A stretch of 44,403 nucleotides of DNA from an uncultured Clostridia bacterium (GCA_947089305.1 CAMUJQ010000001.1:1-44403); one strand, 5' to 3'; positions 7,863 to 18,021 are shown, numbered from the stretch's first letter. The notes: a model not told the origin generated them from the letters alone. A program made the numbers and translations.

Positions 7863-8666
7863 ATGATAAGTGAATTAAAGTTTATGATTGACATAGTTGA
7901 AAAAGCGGCTTGCTTTTTAGATGAAAAAGTTGAAGTTAGAACAAAAGGCGGCGAAACTGACCTTGTTACTAATCTTGATGTGAAAATTGAAAAATTTTTA
8001 ATAAATGAAATAAAAAAAACTTACCCAACTTTTGATATTGTAAGTGAAGAAGAAAATTCACAAAAACAAGTTACAAAAAATTGTTTTATTATTGACCCAA
8101 TTGATGGCACAATAAATTTTGCAAATAATTTACCTTTATTTGCAATTCAAATGGCATGTGTAAAAAATGGCAAAACAGTGGCCAGTGTTTTAAATTTTCC
8201 TAAAATTAATGAACTTTATTATGCCGACAAAGACGGGGCATTTTTAAACGGCGAACAAATTAGTGTTAAAGTTGTTCCAATTAAAAATACTTTATATGCA
8301 ATAGATGGCACCAATAGATTACCCGCTATTGTTAGAATGAGAAAACACTCTGTAAGCATGCGTAACTTTGGCGGAGTATGTGTTTCTATGGCGTTTGTTG
8401 CAAGTGGGCGAATTCATGGTGCTGTTTTTAGATCTGATAAGGTGTGGGATTATGAACCTGGCATATTTCTTGCTAAAATGGCTGGTGCAGCAACTTTAAG
8501 CATTTCTGGCTTTCACTGTGCGGCTATGAATGAAGAATTTTTAAACATTCTTAAACTAGAAACAGCTAAAAAAGTTAACAAGCCAAAGGTATTTGTGCTT
8601 CACTCTCTAAATGCCGACACTCTTGAAACTTGGGGGGGGCGACACAAAAAGTTATTTAGAAAATAA
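7863..8666 (+). CDS. inositol monophosphatase family protein (SuhB/IMPase-like); its last 11 codons lie past the G8 tract and are probably out-of-frame tail
   Basis: It has the DPIDGT(I)NF metal-binding motif, an EE motif (VSEEE) and WDYEPG. ATG 7863 follows GGAGAG, whereas the track used TTG 7851. The frame reads straight into a hydrolase N-terminus (KVFVLHS...) before the G8 tract at 8632-8639. Confidence 0.85.
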   Translation: MISELKFMIDIVEKAACFLDEKVEVRTKGGETDLVTNLDVKIEKFLINEIKKTYPTFDIVSEEENSQKQVTKNCFIIDPIDGTINFANNLPLFAIQMACVKNGKTVASVLNFPKINELYYADKDGAFLNGEQISVKVVPIKNTLYAIDGTNRLPAIVRMRKHSVSMRNFGGVCVSMAFVASGRIHGAVFRSDKVWDYEPGIFLAKMAGAATLSISGFHCAAMNEEFLNILKLETAKKVNKPKVFVLHSLNADTLETWGGRHKKLFRK

Positions 8667-9150
8667 TGATTTAGATTGTTTTATGCCTTCATTTCCTATT
8701 CGCGAAAAAAGTAGTTACCAAGCTTTTGATGAAATTTTATCAACGTATTTAGAAAATAATAAACTTAATAAAGAATCAATTGTTATTTGTCATTCAATTT
8801 CAAACCCTTATTTTATTCGTTTTTGTAAAGAACATAATTTTGTACCCGCACACTATATTGCCGTTGCACCTAAACTTATTTATAAATACCCATTTGATAG
8901 AAAAGATTATTTTGTAAAAATTGCAAATGCGGCTTACCCTACAAAAGAAATTTTAAATTATAAAAACAAATTTAAAAATGTCTATTGCTTGTATTCAGAT
9001 GAAGACGATAATAACATAGAAGAGTTCCATCGCTTTGTAAAAGATTTTAAAGCAAGAGACATGTATTTAAAAGGCTATAACCATTTCGATGGCTACCACC
9101 GCATTTACAAAATCCCCGAACTAATAAAACTTTTAGATGAGTTAATATAA
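8611..9150 (+). CDS. YdeN/RBBP9-like alpha/beta serine hydrolase, apparently separated from its N-terminal strand by a +1 frameshift
   Basis: Candidate nucleophile Ser in IVICHSIS, with later D (SDEDD) and H (GYNHFDG) as triad candidates. The expected first beta-strand (KVFVLHSLNADTLETW) is encoded in the upstream IMPase frame, 5' of the G8 run. Confidence 0.6.
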   Translation: MPTLLKLGGGDTKSYLENNDLDCFMPSFPIREKSSYQAFDEILSTYLENNKLNKESIVICHSISNPYFIRFCKEHNFVPAHYIAVAPKLIYKYPFDRKDYFVKIANAAYPTKEILNYKNKFKNVYCLYSDEDDNNIEEFHRFVKDFKARDMYLKGYNHFDGYHRIYKIPELIKLLDELI

Positions 9151-9175
9151 AAAAACTGGCATACGCCAATTTTTT

Positions 9176-11749
9176 TTATTCGCTTCTTAGTGCTGTTACA
9201 GGGTCTTTTTTAGCTGCCATGCGGGCAGGAATAAGCCCACTGATTAAGGTTAATATCATGCTGATTGCTATTAAAATTATTGCATGCACAAAATTTAAAC
9301 TTGCAATTCCACCAACTCCAATTAATGCTTTTAAAATTAGATTAATTGGAATTGATAAAAGCAATGTAATCATAATACCCGCAAAGCCAGACGCAAAACC
9401 AAGTATTAATGTTTCTGCATTAAATATACGAGAAACATCTTTTTTTCTTGCTCCAACACTTCTAAGCACACCAATTTCTTTAGTACGTTCAATAACTGAA
9501 ATATAAGTAATAACCCCTATCATTATTGAACTTACAATTAATGAAATGCTTACAAATGCAATTAAAACATAAGTAATTGTATTAACTATGCTTGTTATTG
9601 TACCCATTAAAATATTAACATAATCATTATATTTAATTTTTTTACTTTCATCTGTTTGAGCGTTATTATATTTTGCAATAAAATCTTTTATTGCATCTTT
9701 AGACTCAAAATCTGTTGGATAAAAATAAATTGCAAAAGGGTCAGCTTTGTCTGCAACTTTTAAGTTGCTAAGTGCTAGTGAATAAGTATCTGTTTGAGTA
9801 AATGCCTCACCCGTTATAACATTTGTAGTTGTGTTGTTTATTTGAGCCTCTACAACTTGAGTTTTGTTATTTAGTTCAATTAATTTTTGTGTCAATTTAC
9901 TTGAGTAGCCAATCCCTCCTCGATACATCGCAGAAAGAACGCCTTGTTTTGGTCTTGCAATTCCAACAACTTTAAGTTCAATTGCATTTTCAAGTTTATC
10001 CTTCATATAAGTTTGATACATTATTGGATCTGTTTTTACTTTATTTCTTATATCTTCATAAAGCTTTGTTGAAGTGTTTAAACTATAAAAATCTCCTTCG
10101 GGCAAAACTTTGTATGTTAAATTATATATTTTATCAAACGTATATTTTTCCTTTGTTAAATCAGTAACGGACCCGCCAGGCATAAACATATTCATAAGTT
10201 CATTTGAATCTCTTAAGCCTAGGGCATATAAATAATAATCATTAATTTGATTTTGGCTATCTACAAAAACAACAACTTCATTTTCATTTTCTGGCCATCT
10301 TGCGTTTGCTCCTAGTAAATCATACTGATTGTTTAACATTGTTTGATTATTTAAAAGTTCTTGCCATGCATTCATATTACTTATAAGCATGTTTAGCATA
10401 GGTATTTGTTCTAACATCATAGGTGGAATTTCAAAAGGATTAAGTTGAACTATTCCTTCATTTGTGTAGCCACCCTCGCCTAAAAATATATTATAGTTCA
10501 TGTTGTAAACATATTGAATTGCATTAACTAAGTTTTCATCCATATTTTCATCTAAATATGCTTTAAAGCTTTTTAAATCGTTGGTTGATTGTCCACGCAA
10601 GCCCGTTAACATACTTTGTAGTGTGCTGTTTACATAAACCTCTTCATCTTTAATAAAAGTGTCTCTATTATTATTTGTTGTAAGAGCTTCAAGTGCTGCA
10701 TCAAGGTCTGCGCTTGTTTGAGTTATGGCTAAAGGATAACTACTTAATGTATCGCTTTCAGTTTTTCTTATGTATGCATTAAAACCATTAGATAAAGCTA
10801 ATATTAAAGCAATTCCAATAATACCAATGCTTCCTGCAAAAGAAGTTAAAACAGAGCGAGTTTTCTTTGTTCCTAAATTTCTTAAACTTAACTTAAAAGC
10901 TGTAAAAAACTTCATTGCTGGCTTCTTATCTTTTTTAGGCTTTTTAGCTTTGAATTTTTTATTATTTTTTTCAGCTTCTTGTTTTCTTAATTCCTCACTT
11001 TCTTCAAACTTTTTAATTTGTTCTGCTTTTAATTCTTTTTGCTTTTGAATATGTTCATTATACTCGCTTTCAGTAACAGGGTTGCTATCCCCTACCATTT
11101 CACCATCTAACAAATTTAAAATACGTGTTGAATATTGCTTAGCAAGTTCAGGATTATGAGTAACCATAATTACAAGATGTTCTTTACTTATTTCAGATAA
11201 AATATCCATAATTTGAACACTAGTTTCAGTATCAAGAGCACCTGTTGGTTCATCTGCTAAAATAATGCTTGGATTGTTTACAATTGCACGAGCTATTGCA
11301 ACACGTTGCATTTGTCCTCCACTAAGCTGATTTGGCTTTTTATGTATTTGTTCATATAGTCCAACTTTAGTTAGTGCTTCAATTGCCTTTTTGCGCTTTT
11401 CTTTTTTAGAGTCGCCAGCAATTGAAAGTGCAAGCTCCACATTTTCAATAACGGTTAAATGCATAATTAAATTGTAACTTTGAAACACAAATCCTACTTT
11501 ATGATTTCTATAACTATCCCAATCTCTATCTTTAAAATTTTTAGTGCTTGTGCCATCTATAACTAAGTCGCCACTATTATATTGATCTAAGCCGCCTATA
11601 ACATTAAGAAGCGTTGTTTTACCGCAACCGCTAGGCCCTAAAATAGAAACAAATTCGCTATCTCTAAAAACTGCACTAATATCTTTTAGAGCATGAACAG
11701 TTGTATCTCCTGCAACATAATCTTTTACTATATTTTTTATTTCAATCAT
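9176..11749 (-). CDS. fused ABC transporter ATP-binding/permease protein, MacB/FtsX type
   Basis: The N-terminal NBD has [17 protein letters not shown] and ILADEPT. A large extracytoplasmic region follows, then a C-terminal FtsX-type 3-TM bundle. Confidence 0.88.
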   Translation of the reverse strand: MIEIKNIVKDYVAGDTTVHALKDISAVFRDSEFVSILGPSGCGKTTLLNVIGGLDQYNSGDLVIDGTSTKNFKDRDWDSYRNHKVGFVFQSYNLIMHLTVIENVELALSIAGDSKKEKRKKAIEALTKVGLYEQIHKKPNQLSGGQMQRVAIARAIVNNPSIILADEPTGALDTETSVQIMDILSEISKEHLVIMVTHNPELAKQYSTRILNLLDGEMVGDSNPVTESEYNEHIQKQKELKAEQIKKFEESEELRKQEAEKNNKKFKAKKPKKDKKPAMKFFTAFKLSLRNLGTKKTRSVLTSFAGSIGIIGIALILALSNGFNAYIRKTESDTLSSYPLAITQTSADLDAALEALTTNNNRDTFIKDEEVYVNSTLQSMLTGLRGQSTNDLKSFKAYLDENMDENLVNAIQYVYNMNYNIFLGEGGYTNEGIVQLNPFEIPPMMLEQIPMLNMLISNMNAWQELLNNQTMLNNQYDLLGANARWPENENEVVVFVDSQNQINDYYLYALGLRDSNELMNMFMPGGSVTDLTKEKYTFDKIYNLTYKVLPEGDFYSLNTSTKLYEDIRNKVKTDPIMYQTYMKDKLENAIELKVVGIARPKQGVLSAMYRGGIGYSSKLTQKLIELNNKTQVVEAQINNTTTNVITGEAFTQTDTYSLALSNLKVADKADPFAIYFYPTDFESKDAIKDFIAKYNNAQTDESKKIKYNDYVNILMGTITSIVNTITYVLIAFVSISLIVSSIMIGVITYISVIERTKEIGVLRSVGARKKDVSRIFNAETLILGFASGFAGIMITLLLSIPINLILKALIGVGGIASLNFVHAIILIAISMILTLISGLIPARMAAKKDPVTALRSE

Positions 11750-11761
11750 AGTTTTCTCCTA

Positions 11762-12331
11762 TTAATTTTTATATGCTCCAAATTTAATTATATTTATATA
11801 ATTTTTAAATAACTCTTCAACCTTTTCTTTTGTTATGCAATCTTTGTAATAATGTAAAACTAACATACCAAGACAAGCAAAATTTGATTTAAATAACACT
11901 CGTATTGTTGTTTTATCTATTGTTTTAAAATTTGAGTAATCAACAATTTCAGTTATATAAGATAATTTATCATGACTAGTAAACATATTTATATTTTCAG
12001 GTTTTAAATTTTCTAACAACATTAAAACTAATTTATGTCTTTGACTGTTTTTAAAACTTAAAAAAAATTCAAATAAATTTTCAATTAATTCAAAATAGCT
12101 AGGCTTTTTATTGTCTAAATACATAATGTAAAATTCTTTTTTTATTTCATTTAATATATAATCATATATTTGTTCTTTATTTTTAAAATAGCAATAAAAA
12201 CAAGCTCTGCTAATACCTGCTTTTTCAGCAATTTTAAAAACTGATACTTTATCATAAGGAAGAGCAGCAAATTCATTAATTGCCGCCTCAACAATTATTT
12301 CTAATTTTTTATCTTTTTTATTTTTCTTCAT
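11762..12331 (-). CDS. TetR/AcrR family transcriptional regulator
   Basis: N-terminal HTH VSVFKIAEKAGISRACFYCYFKNKEQIY. It lies immediately upstream of, and co-oriented with, the MacB-type transporter. Confidence 0.85.
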   Translation of the reverse strand: MKKNKKDKKLEIIVEAAINEFAALPYDKVSVFKIAEKAGISRACFYCYFKNKEQIYDYILNEIKKEFYIMYLDNKKPSYFELIENLFEFFLSFKNSQRHKLVLMLLENLKPENINMFTSHDKLSYITEIVDYSNFKTIDKTTIRVLFKSNFACLGMLVLHYYKDCITKEKVEELFKNYINIIKFGAYKN

Positions 12332-12465
12332 TAAAAATTTTCTCCTGTTTTAATATTAAATATATTATACTGACACAGTGTTAGAAAGTCAAGTAAATAA
12401 ATACAAAGAATTATATTTGACATTTGATAATTTTGGGTATAATATAATATAAAGGAGAAGTTGCC

Positions 12466-13569
12466 GTGAGTACAGAACAGAACAACAACTATAATTACAC
12501 ACCACCCCCAGTATATTACCAACCCGTACCACCTCCTCAACCTGAAAAGAAGGGACATGGTTGTGGTGGCTGCTTAACAGGGTTAGGTGTTTTGATTGTT
12601 GCTTTAACAATTGCTTTCTTAACAATCTTCTTTGTTGTTAAACCTCAAATTGATCAAATGATTTATGATATGGGTGCAACAAACATTAAACAAATTTTTA
12701 CATTATATAAAGAAGTTACAACTCGAGTTGATGAAAAAGAAATTGTAACACATGGTTTTACTAATGAAGATTATTTAACGGCAAAAACAAAATTAATAAA
12801 CAATAATTTTGACATTTTTGATGAGGAAGGTAATATCTCTCCTTCTAAATTTGCAAATGCAAGATTAAGTGACGATATTGAAATAACTGATAAACAATTA
12901 GTTGCATTGCTTAACAATGCCTTAGAAGACTTTTTAGCTCAAGGTAATATTCCTATATTTAAAAAGTTAAAACTTATAGGTACTGCTAAGCAAGTAAAAA
13001 TTACTTCAGCTTTATCTCAAAACAAATTTAAAATAACAACTATTTGCTCAATTAACACTGATGATTTAACTTCACAAATGGGAATTTTAGGCGGGTTAAT
13101 TCCTCAATCTTTATATTTAACTAGCACAGCTACTTATAGCATTGTTGACGGAAAGTTAACTTATAGTGATAGTTTCTTAAAATTAAACAAAATTAAAGAT
13201 ACAAGCTTCCAAGAACTATTAAATATTGTTAATAAATCTGTTATTGAGGGAAAAGATGAATTATTGCTTCAAGATTTATCTAATGCTGTAGCAGAGCTTT
13301 TATGCGATGGCTTTAATGCATTGCAAGATAATTCAAACATATTAATTAATCTTGTTGATGAAGGAATAAGGATTTCTCCAAATCCAGATGCTCCACCTGT
13401 AGATTCTAGTGGCAATGAAGAAACTGAAACTTCTACACAAGGTGAAAATGCTGGTGAGAATAAAGATGCAAACACACAAACAAAAAATGACGAAACAAAT
13501 AATCAACCTGAGGTTTCTGATAAAACTGAAAGCACAGAACCAGTAAGTGAAAACAAAAACAACGAATAA
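12466..13569 (+). CDS. membrane-anchored hypothetical protein (Pro-rich N-terminus, one TM, acidic low-complexity tail)
   Basis: GTG start preceded by AAAGGAGAAG. The protein has a PPPVYYQPVPPPQPEKK segment, then a TM, then a globular region, and ends in an E/T/N-rich tail. Confidence 0.6.
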   Translation: MSTEQNNNYNYTPPPVYYQPVPPPQPEKKGHGCGGCLTGLGVLIVALTIAFLTIFFVVKPQIDQMIYDMGATNIKQIFTLYKEVTTRVDEKEIVTHGFTNEDYLTAKTKLINNNFDIFDEEGNISPSKFANARLSDDIEITDKQLVALLNNALEDFLAQGNIPIFKKLKLIGTAKQVKITSALSQNKFKITTICSINTDDLTSQMGILGGLIPQSLYLTSTATYSIVDGKLTYSDSFLKLNKIKDTSFQELLNIVNKSVIEGKDELLLQDLSNAVAELLCDGFNALQDNSNILINLVDEGIRISPNPDAPPVDSSGNEETETSTQGENAGENKDANTQTKNDETNNQPEVSDKTESTEPVSENKNNE

Positions 13570-13590
13570 ATTAGATATAAAAAAATAAAC

Positions 13591-13628
13591 AAAAACCACT
13601 TTATTTTAATTTTAATAAAGTGGTTTTT
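13591..13628. terminator. bidirectional intrinsic terminator between convergent genes
   Basis: AAAAACCACTTTATT ... AATAAAGTGGTTTTT long inverted repeat flanked by A and T runs. Confidence 0.7.
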
Positions 13629-13663
13629 ATTTGTTTTAAAATTTTACCAAAGCAAACTTTTTA

Positions 13664-14959
13664 TTATACAAATATTAATAACATTGACAAAGTTGCAAAC
13701 AAACACACAATTGAAATTATTGCACCATAGCCAATAAAGCTTTTTATTGAAAAGTCAATTTCTTTTTCTTTTAAAATTTTCATAAACATTATTCCTGCAA
13801 GCGCGCCAACTGGTGTTAATAATGCCCCAAGATTAGAACCTATAATTGTTGCAAATGTTGCTCCCAAATTAATGGCCCCGTTATTTAATATTGATGCAAA
13901 CAAAGCTGTCATTGGAATATTATTCATTAAGTTAGAGCAAACAAAGCTAGACACACCATAGACAATCACTGAATTGCTTTTTTGCAATAAATCAAATAAA
14001 ATTTTTGTTATGCCGTTAACCTCTAAACACATTATAATTAAAAACATTGCTACTAAAAACGGAACAAAGGCCCAAGGTGCTCGCTTAATCGAATTAAAAA
14101 CATAAGTTGGTTTTTGTTTTTTACATAAACAAATAATTAAATTTAGTAATATTTCAAACACACTAAAGCCAAGTGCAATATACCACATTTCAAGGCCAAT
14201 ATAACTTGAAATTGCAAGTAAGACTGTGCATGCACCTAAGATACATGCATTTATTATTACTAAAGGTTTGTTTATTTCAACTGACGTTTCTTCAACTTGT
14301 TCGATTGGCACTTTTAATTTTTTCCTAAATAAAAGTAAAAGCAAACCAAGTGAAACAATACCACATACTAAGGTTGGAATGGCCATTTTTAAAAAATAAT
14401 CAACAAAACTTATTCCTGGAAAAGTGCCTATATAAACATTTGTTGGATTCCCTATTATAAAAAGCATGCTCCAAGTGTTAGCCGAAACAAAAGTTGCAAA
14501 AACGTAAGGCGCAGGATTTATTTTGCTTCTTTTGCAAAAATAACAAATAAATGGAACAAAGGCCAAAATAACTATATCGTTAGATGTGAAAATTGTAAGA
14601 AGAGAAACTAAAAAATAAAACGTTAAAAATAGTTTAGTTTGACTGTTTTTTGCTAGTTTTGTACACTTAGTTGCTAAGTAATTAAAAAAGCCCAAATTAT
14701 CTAAAGTTATAGAAAGAATTGTCATGCATAAAAAGAATACTAAAATTTTAAGAGGATTAATTGAAGAATTTTTAACAAGTTCGCCTAAAATTTGAGAAGC
14801 ATCTTTTATGTTTATTAAAAGTAAAACAATTGCACAAAAAACGCTTATCACATAATATAGCGAAACTTTTTTAATATGCCAATTAAATAGCAAACTTGTT
14901 ACAACAAGAATGCATGAAATTATGGCTATAACAACTGTGGCAATTGCAACTGCGTTCAT
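13664..14959 (-). CDS. ArsB/NhaD-superfamily anion/ion transporter
   Basis: 431 aa with about 11-12 TM segments. The overall pattern resembles the ArsB/NhaD (CitMHS-like) permeases. Family call is by resemblance only. Confidence 0.5.
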   Translation of the reverse strand: MNAVAIATVVIAIISCILVVTSLLFNWHIKKVSLYYVISVFCAIVLLLINIKDASQILGELVKNSSINPLKILVFFLCMTILSITLDNLGFFNYLATKCTKLAKNSQTKLFLTFYFLVSLLTIFTSNDIVILAFVPFICYFCKRSKINPAPYVFATFVSANTWSMLFIIGNPTNVYIGTFPGISFVDYFLKMAIPTLVCGIVSLGLLLLLFRKKLKVPIEQVEETSVEINKPLVIINACILGACTVLLAISSYIGLEMWYIALGFSVFEILLNLIICLCKKQKPTYVFNSIKRAPWAFVPFLVAMFLIIMCLEVNGITKILFDLLQKSNSVIVYGVSSFVCSNLMNNIPMTALFASILNNGAINLGATFATIIGSNLGALLTPVGALAGIMFMKILKEKEIDFSIKSFIGYGAIISIVCLFATLSMLLIFV

Positions 14960-15044
14960 AACTAAATTATATCAAACCTACCTTTAAATTACAAATGATT
15001 TTAAAATGAAAATTGATACAAAAAAAACTGCAGTGGCAGTTTTT

Positions 15045-15118
15045 TGGCAGGGGTGGAAGGAATCGAACCCTCCTCTGGAGTTTTGGAGACTCTTATTCTA
15101 CCGATGAACTACACCCCT
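15045..15118 (-). tRNA. tRNA-Trp (anticodon CCA), CCA end encoded
   Basis: The reverse complement folds as AGGGGTG...CACCCCT acceptor, anticodon loop CTCCAAA and T-arm GGTTCGATTCC. An A/T-flanked CTGC-CACT-GCAG hairpin follows on the minus strand. Confidence 0.9.
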
Positions 15119-15192
15119 AAGTTTTATGCTGTAAATTTAGTTTACCACATTAATATAATTTATGTCAATAAAAGCAATGCAAAAATAATTTT

Positions 15193-15729
15193 TTACTTAT
15201 AAACATTATATATTAATTTATTCTTTTTTGTGGCATATTTATATGCCAGTTGGGTACCACTATTTGGCTGATAACCAAATAAATCACTTTTTCTATGTTT
15301 TCTAGTAGCTGGTTTATAGCTATTGTTATAATAAAATAAGCAAATATCACTCGCATCAATCATGGCATAATTTCTTTCTATATAAGAAGCCTTCCCTGCT
15401 GTGTATTTTTTTTCAAAATCTATTGATTTATCATACACATTAATATTTTCAGCACGCACTACCCCAGTTTTAACAATTAAAGCCTTCTTCTCTTCACTTA
15501 AAATACTCGCTTCACTTCTAATTGGATAAAAACATAATTGCAAAAAAGGATATTTAACTGTTTTCAAATTTTTAATAATGTCAAAACATATTTTATTAAA
15601 ATCACTATTACTACCAAATAAAAAAATATTAACATTTTTTTCAATTAAAGAACAAACAAGTTCATTTAATTTTTTTTCTAAATTTTTTGTTATAAAAACA
15701 TCTCTATGACCAATAATACAACATACCAT
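15193..15729 (-). CDS. SLOG-superfamily protein, DUF1273/YpsA-like
   Basis: The N-terminal MVCCIIGHRDV matches the C(C/F)xGHR start of DUF1273 proteins. It is followed by a Rossmann-like FLFGSNSDFN segment and a C-terminal SGT motif. Confidence 0.5.
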   Translation of the reverse strand: MVCCIIGHRDVFITKNLEKKLNELVCSLIEKNVNIFLFGSNSDFNKICFDIIKNLKTVKYPFLQLCFYPIRSEASILSEEKKALIVKTGVVRAENINVYDKSIDFEKKYTAGKASYIERNYAMIDASDICLFYYNNSYKPATRKHRKSDLFGYQPNSGTQLAYKYATKKNKLIYNVYK

Positions 15730-15749
15730 TACATTTACCGCCCTTTATG

Positions 15750-15770
15750 AAATTGTAAATTCTACAATTT
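15750..15770. promoter_or_regulatory. operator-like perfect palindrome in the SLOG/XRE divergent intergenic region
   Basis: AAATTGTA-aattc-TACAATTT, with a third half-site ATTGTAATTT at 15783-15792. Confidence 0.45.
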
Positions 15771-15818
15771 TAAAGTAATTATATTGTAATTTTGGCAAAA
15801 TGTCAAATATAGAGAGGA

Positions 15819-16070
15819 ATGATTATGCAAGAGGTGTCTAAAGTTTTAAAAGAACTTAGAATTGGCAAAGGCTATAAACAATATCAAGTTGCAGACATGT
15901 TAGGAATAGATAGAGGAAATTACTGTAAATATGAGAATGGTAAACTTGAAATTAGTTTAGATTTATTAAGACATTTAGCTATGCTTTATGATGTAACAAC
16001 AGATTATATTTTAGGCATGGATGAATATATAAAAAATAATAAAAACAAAATAAAAAACTTGCAAAAATAA
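15819..16070 (+). CDS. XRE-family HTH transcriptional regulator (short)
   Basis: 83 aa containing GYKQYQVADMLGIDRGNYCKYENG, an HTH_3 motif. It is divergent from the SLOG gene. Confidence 0.8.
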   Translation: MIMQEVSKVLKELRIGKGYKQYQVADMLGIDRGNYCKYENGKLEISLDLLRHLAMLYDVTTDYILGMDEYIKNNKNKIKNLQK

Positions 16071-16081
16071 TGCAAGTTTTT

Positions 16082-17356
16082 TTATTCTACATCTTCAATT
16101 TGTTTCATGTCACTTGTAACCATAGTAAGTTGTTTTTGAATTTTGTTACTTCTTTTGCTTGCGCTTTCAAGAGTGTCGCTAGCTTCTAAAATTTTCTTTT
16201 GAGTTTTATTAATTAGATCTGTAAAATTAATAAACTCTGTTTTAAAACTTTCAAGCAAATTAAAAATTTCACTGCTTCTTTTTTCTATATATAAAGTTTT
16301 AAAGCCCATTTGTAAACTACTAAGCAAAGCACAAATTGTTGTTGGACTGCAAATAATAACTTTATATTTTGTTTGTATTTCTTCTACTAGACCACTCATC
16401 CTCATAATTTCACTAAACATGCCTTCAATGGGAATATACATAATTGCAAAATCTGTTGTAATAGGTGGCTCAACATATTTTTCAAAAATTTTCTTTGCTT
16501 CGTCTTTAATGCGTCGCTCAATAGCTTTGCTTGCCTCTAACATTTCTTTTTGCATATTTTTATCACTAAAATCACACAAACGAATGTAATCTTCTATTGG
16601 AAACTTTGCATCTATAGGAAGTAAAATAGATTCATTATTTTTACCAGGCAAAACTATTGCATATTCAACACGTTCGCTGCTTTGATGTTTAATTTGCGCA
16701 TTTGTTAAATATTGATTTGGCGCAAGCATTTGATTTAGCAGTGTTCCAAGTTGCACTTCTCCAAGCAAGCCTCTTGTTTTTACATTACTTAGCACACGTC
16801 TTAAATCTAGCACCCCACTGCTTAGTTCTTTCATTTCCCCAAAACCTTTGTAAAGTGCTTCTAATCTTTGGCTAATAATATTAAAACTTTCATTTAATCT
16901 TGCTGTTAGGTTTGCATTAAGTTTTTCATCAACTGTTTCTTTAATTTGTTTTAATTGTTCAGTATTTGAATTTAACATTTGAGAAAGTTTTTCATCAACA
17001 ATTTTTGTTACCCTAGAAAGTTGTGCATCAGTTAATTGTTGCATGTTAAAAATTCTATCATCTAAACTTTTTAATAATTGATTATCATTGTCTTTAGAAC
17101 TTTTAAGCAATGCTCTTAAGTTCTCATTATCTGCTCGCATTTGAGCAATGGTCATATTAGAAAATTGTGCATTTGTGTTGCTTTGTTCTACTCTTGCATC
17201 TTTAATTTCTTTTCTTAGTTTATCGTTTTCTTTTTCAATTAAATTAAGTAATTCGCTATTAGGACTAATTTTCTTTCTAAAGATCAAAAGCGAAACAACA
17301 CTAATTAAGCATATAACACTTAAAATTATATTTACTATTATTAAAATTTTTTCCAT
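16082..17356 (-). CDS. rmuC: DNA recombination protein RmuC
   Basis: 424 aa with an N-terminal TM, a long coiled coil, and a C-terminal nuclease-like core (VEYAIVLPG...LPIDAKFPIEDY...MYIPIEG) typical of the RmuC family. RBS AAAGGAGA is present. Confidence 0.85.
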   Translation of the reverse strand: MEKILIIVNIILSVICLISVVSLLIFRKKISPNSELLNLIEKENDKLRKEIKDARVEQSNTNAQFSNMTIAQMRADNENLRALLKSSKDNDNQLLKSLDDRIFNMQQLTDAQLSRVTKIVDEKLSQMLNSNTEQLKQIKETVDEKLNANLTARLNESFNIISQRLEALYKGFGEMKELSSGVLDLRRVLSNVKTRGLLGEVQLGTLLNQMLAPNQYLTNAQIKHQSSERVEYAIVLPGKNNESILLPIDAKFPIEDYIRLCDFSDKNMQKEMLEASKAIERRIKDEAKKIFEKYVEPPITTDFAIMYIPIEGMFSEIMRMSGLVEEIQTKYKVIICSPTTICALLSSLQMGFKTLYIEKRSSEIFNLLESFKTEFINFTDLINKTQKKILEASDTLESASKRSNKIQKQLTMVTSDMKQIEDVE

Positions 17357-18021
17357 GGAAATATCTCCTTTAGTAACTTAAAACCAAGTTCCTTATTTTT
17401 AATTTTACTAATTTTTTCTATAAATTGCTTATCACTAATTGTATCTATTCTATGTGCGTTTCGCTTGGCAGCTTGAAAAGTGTTATATTCAATATTATAA
17501 GGCCCATCTACTGCCGTTTTAATCATTCGTATTATTCTAGTTGCATCTTGATTAAAACTTTTATCGGGATCAATCACTGTTTTAAGAAGTCTATTTTTTA
17601 TGTCAATTAACCCACCGCAATAATCATAAAACTCTTTCGTTAAAGAATCAAAATAAACTGCATTTATTGTAAAGTCTCGTCTTGTGTAATCTTCACGAAT
17701 TGTTTTTGCAATAGTTATTTTTGAAGGATGAAAATTGTCTTTGTCTGAATAGTGGTCTTTTCTAAAAGTTGTGTAATCAAAATAAACATTAGGTTTATTT
17801 TTTACTTTTATTTGCGTTCTAAAATAATGGTCTTTAGTATCATAAAGTTCAAATTCAGTGCCTTCTAAAATTTTTGCAACTTCACTTGGAGTTAAGGCTC
17901 CACATAAATCAACATCTTTTGCTTCATCATTGCACACAATTTTTCTAACAAAACTGCCAACCACATAAACTCGTGATCTATTATCCTGGAAAATTCGTGC
18001 TAATTTTTCTAAATATTTCAT
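17341..18021 (-). CDS. truncated class II nucleotidyltransferase (CCA-adding/poly(A) polymerase head-neck only)
   Basis: 226 aa. Motif A variant VGSFVRK...KDVDL, motif B TRRDFTINA, motif C DYCGGLIDI and motif D-like QDATRIIRMIK are present. No body or tail domains. The 3' end overlaps rmuC by 16 nt. Confidence 0.7.
   Translation of the reverse strand: MKYLEKLARIFQDNRSRVYVVGSFVRKIVCNDEAKDVDLCGALTPSEVAKILEGTEFELYDTKDHYFRTQIKVKNKPNVYFDYTTFRKDHYSDKDNFHPSKITIAKTIREDYTRRDFTINAVYFDSLTKEFYDYCGGLIDIKNRLLKTVIDPDKSFNQDATRIIRMIKTAVDGPYNIEYNTFQAAKRNAHRIDTISDKQFIEKISKIKNKELGFKLLKEIFPWKKF

Noticed and set aside
12360-12400. Near-palindrome TGACAC-A-GTGTTA between the TetR gene and the divergent membrane-protein gene, considered as a TetR operator
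   Set aside because: It is only a 6-1-6 repeat with one mismatch, and its position relative to a convincing promoter is unclear. It is plausible but too weak to list as a feature.
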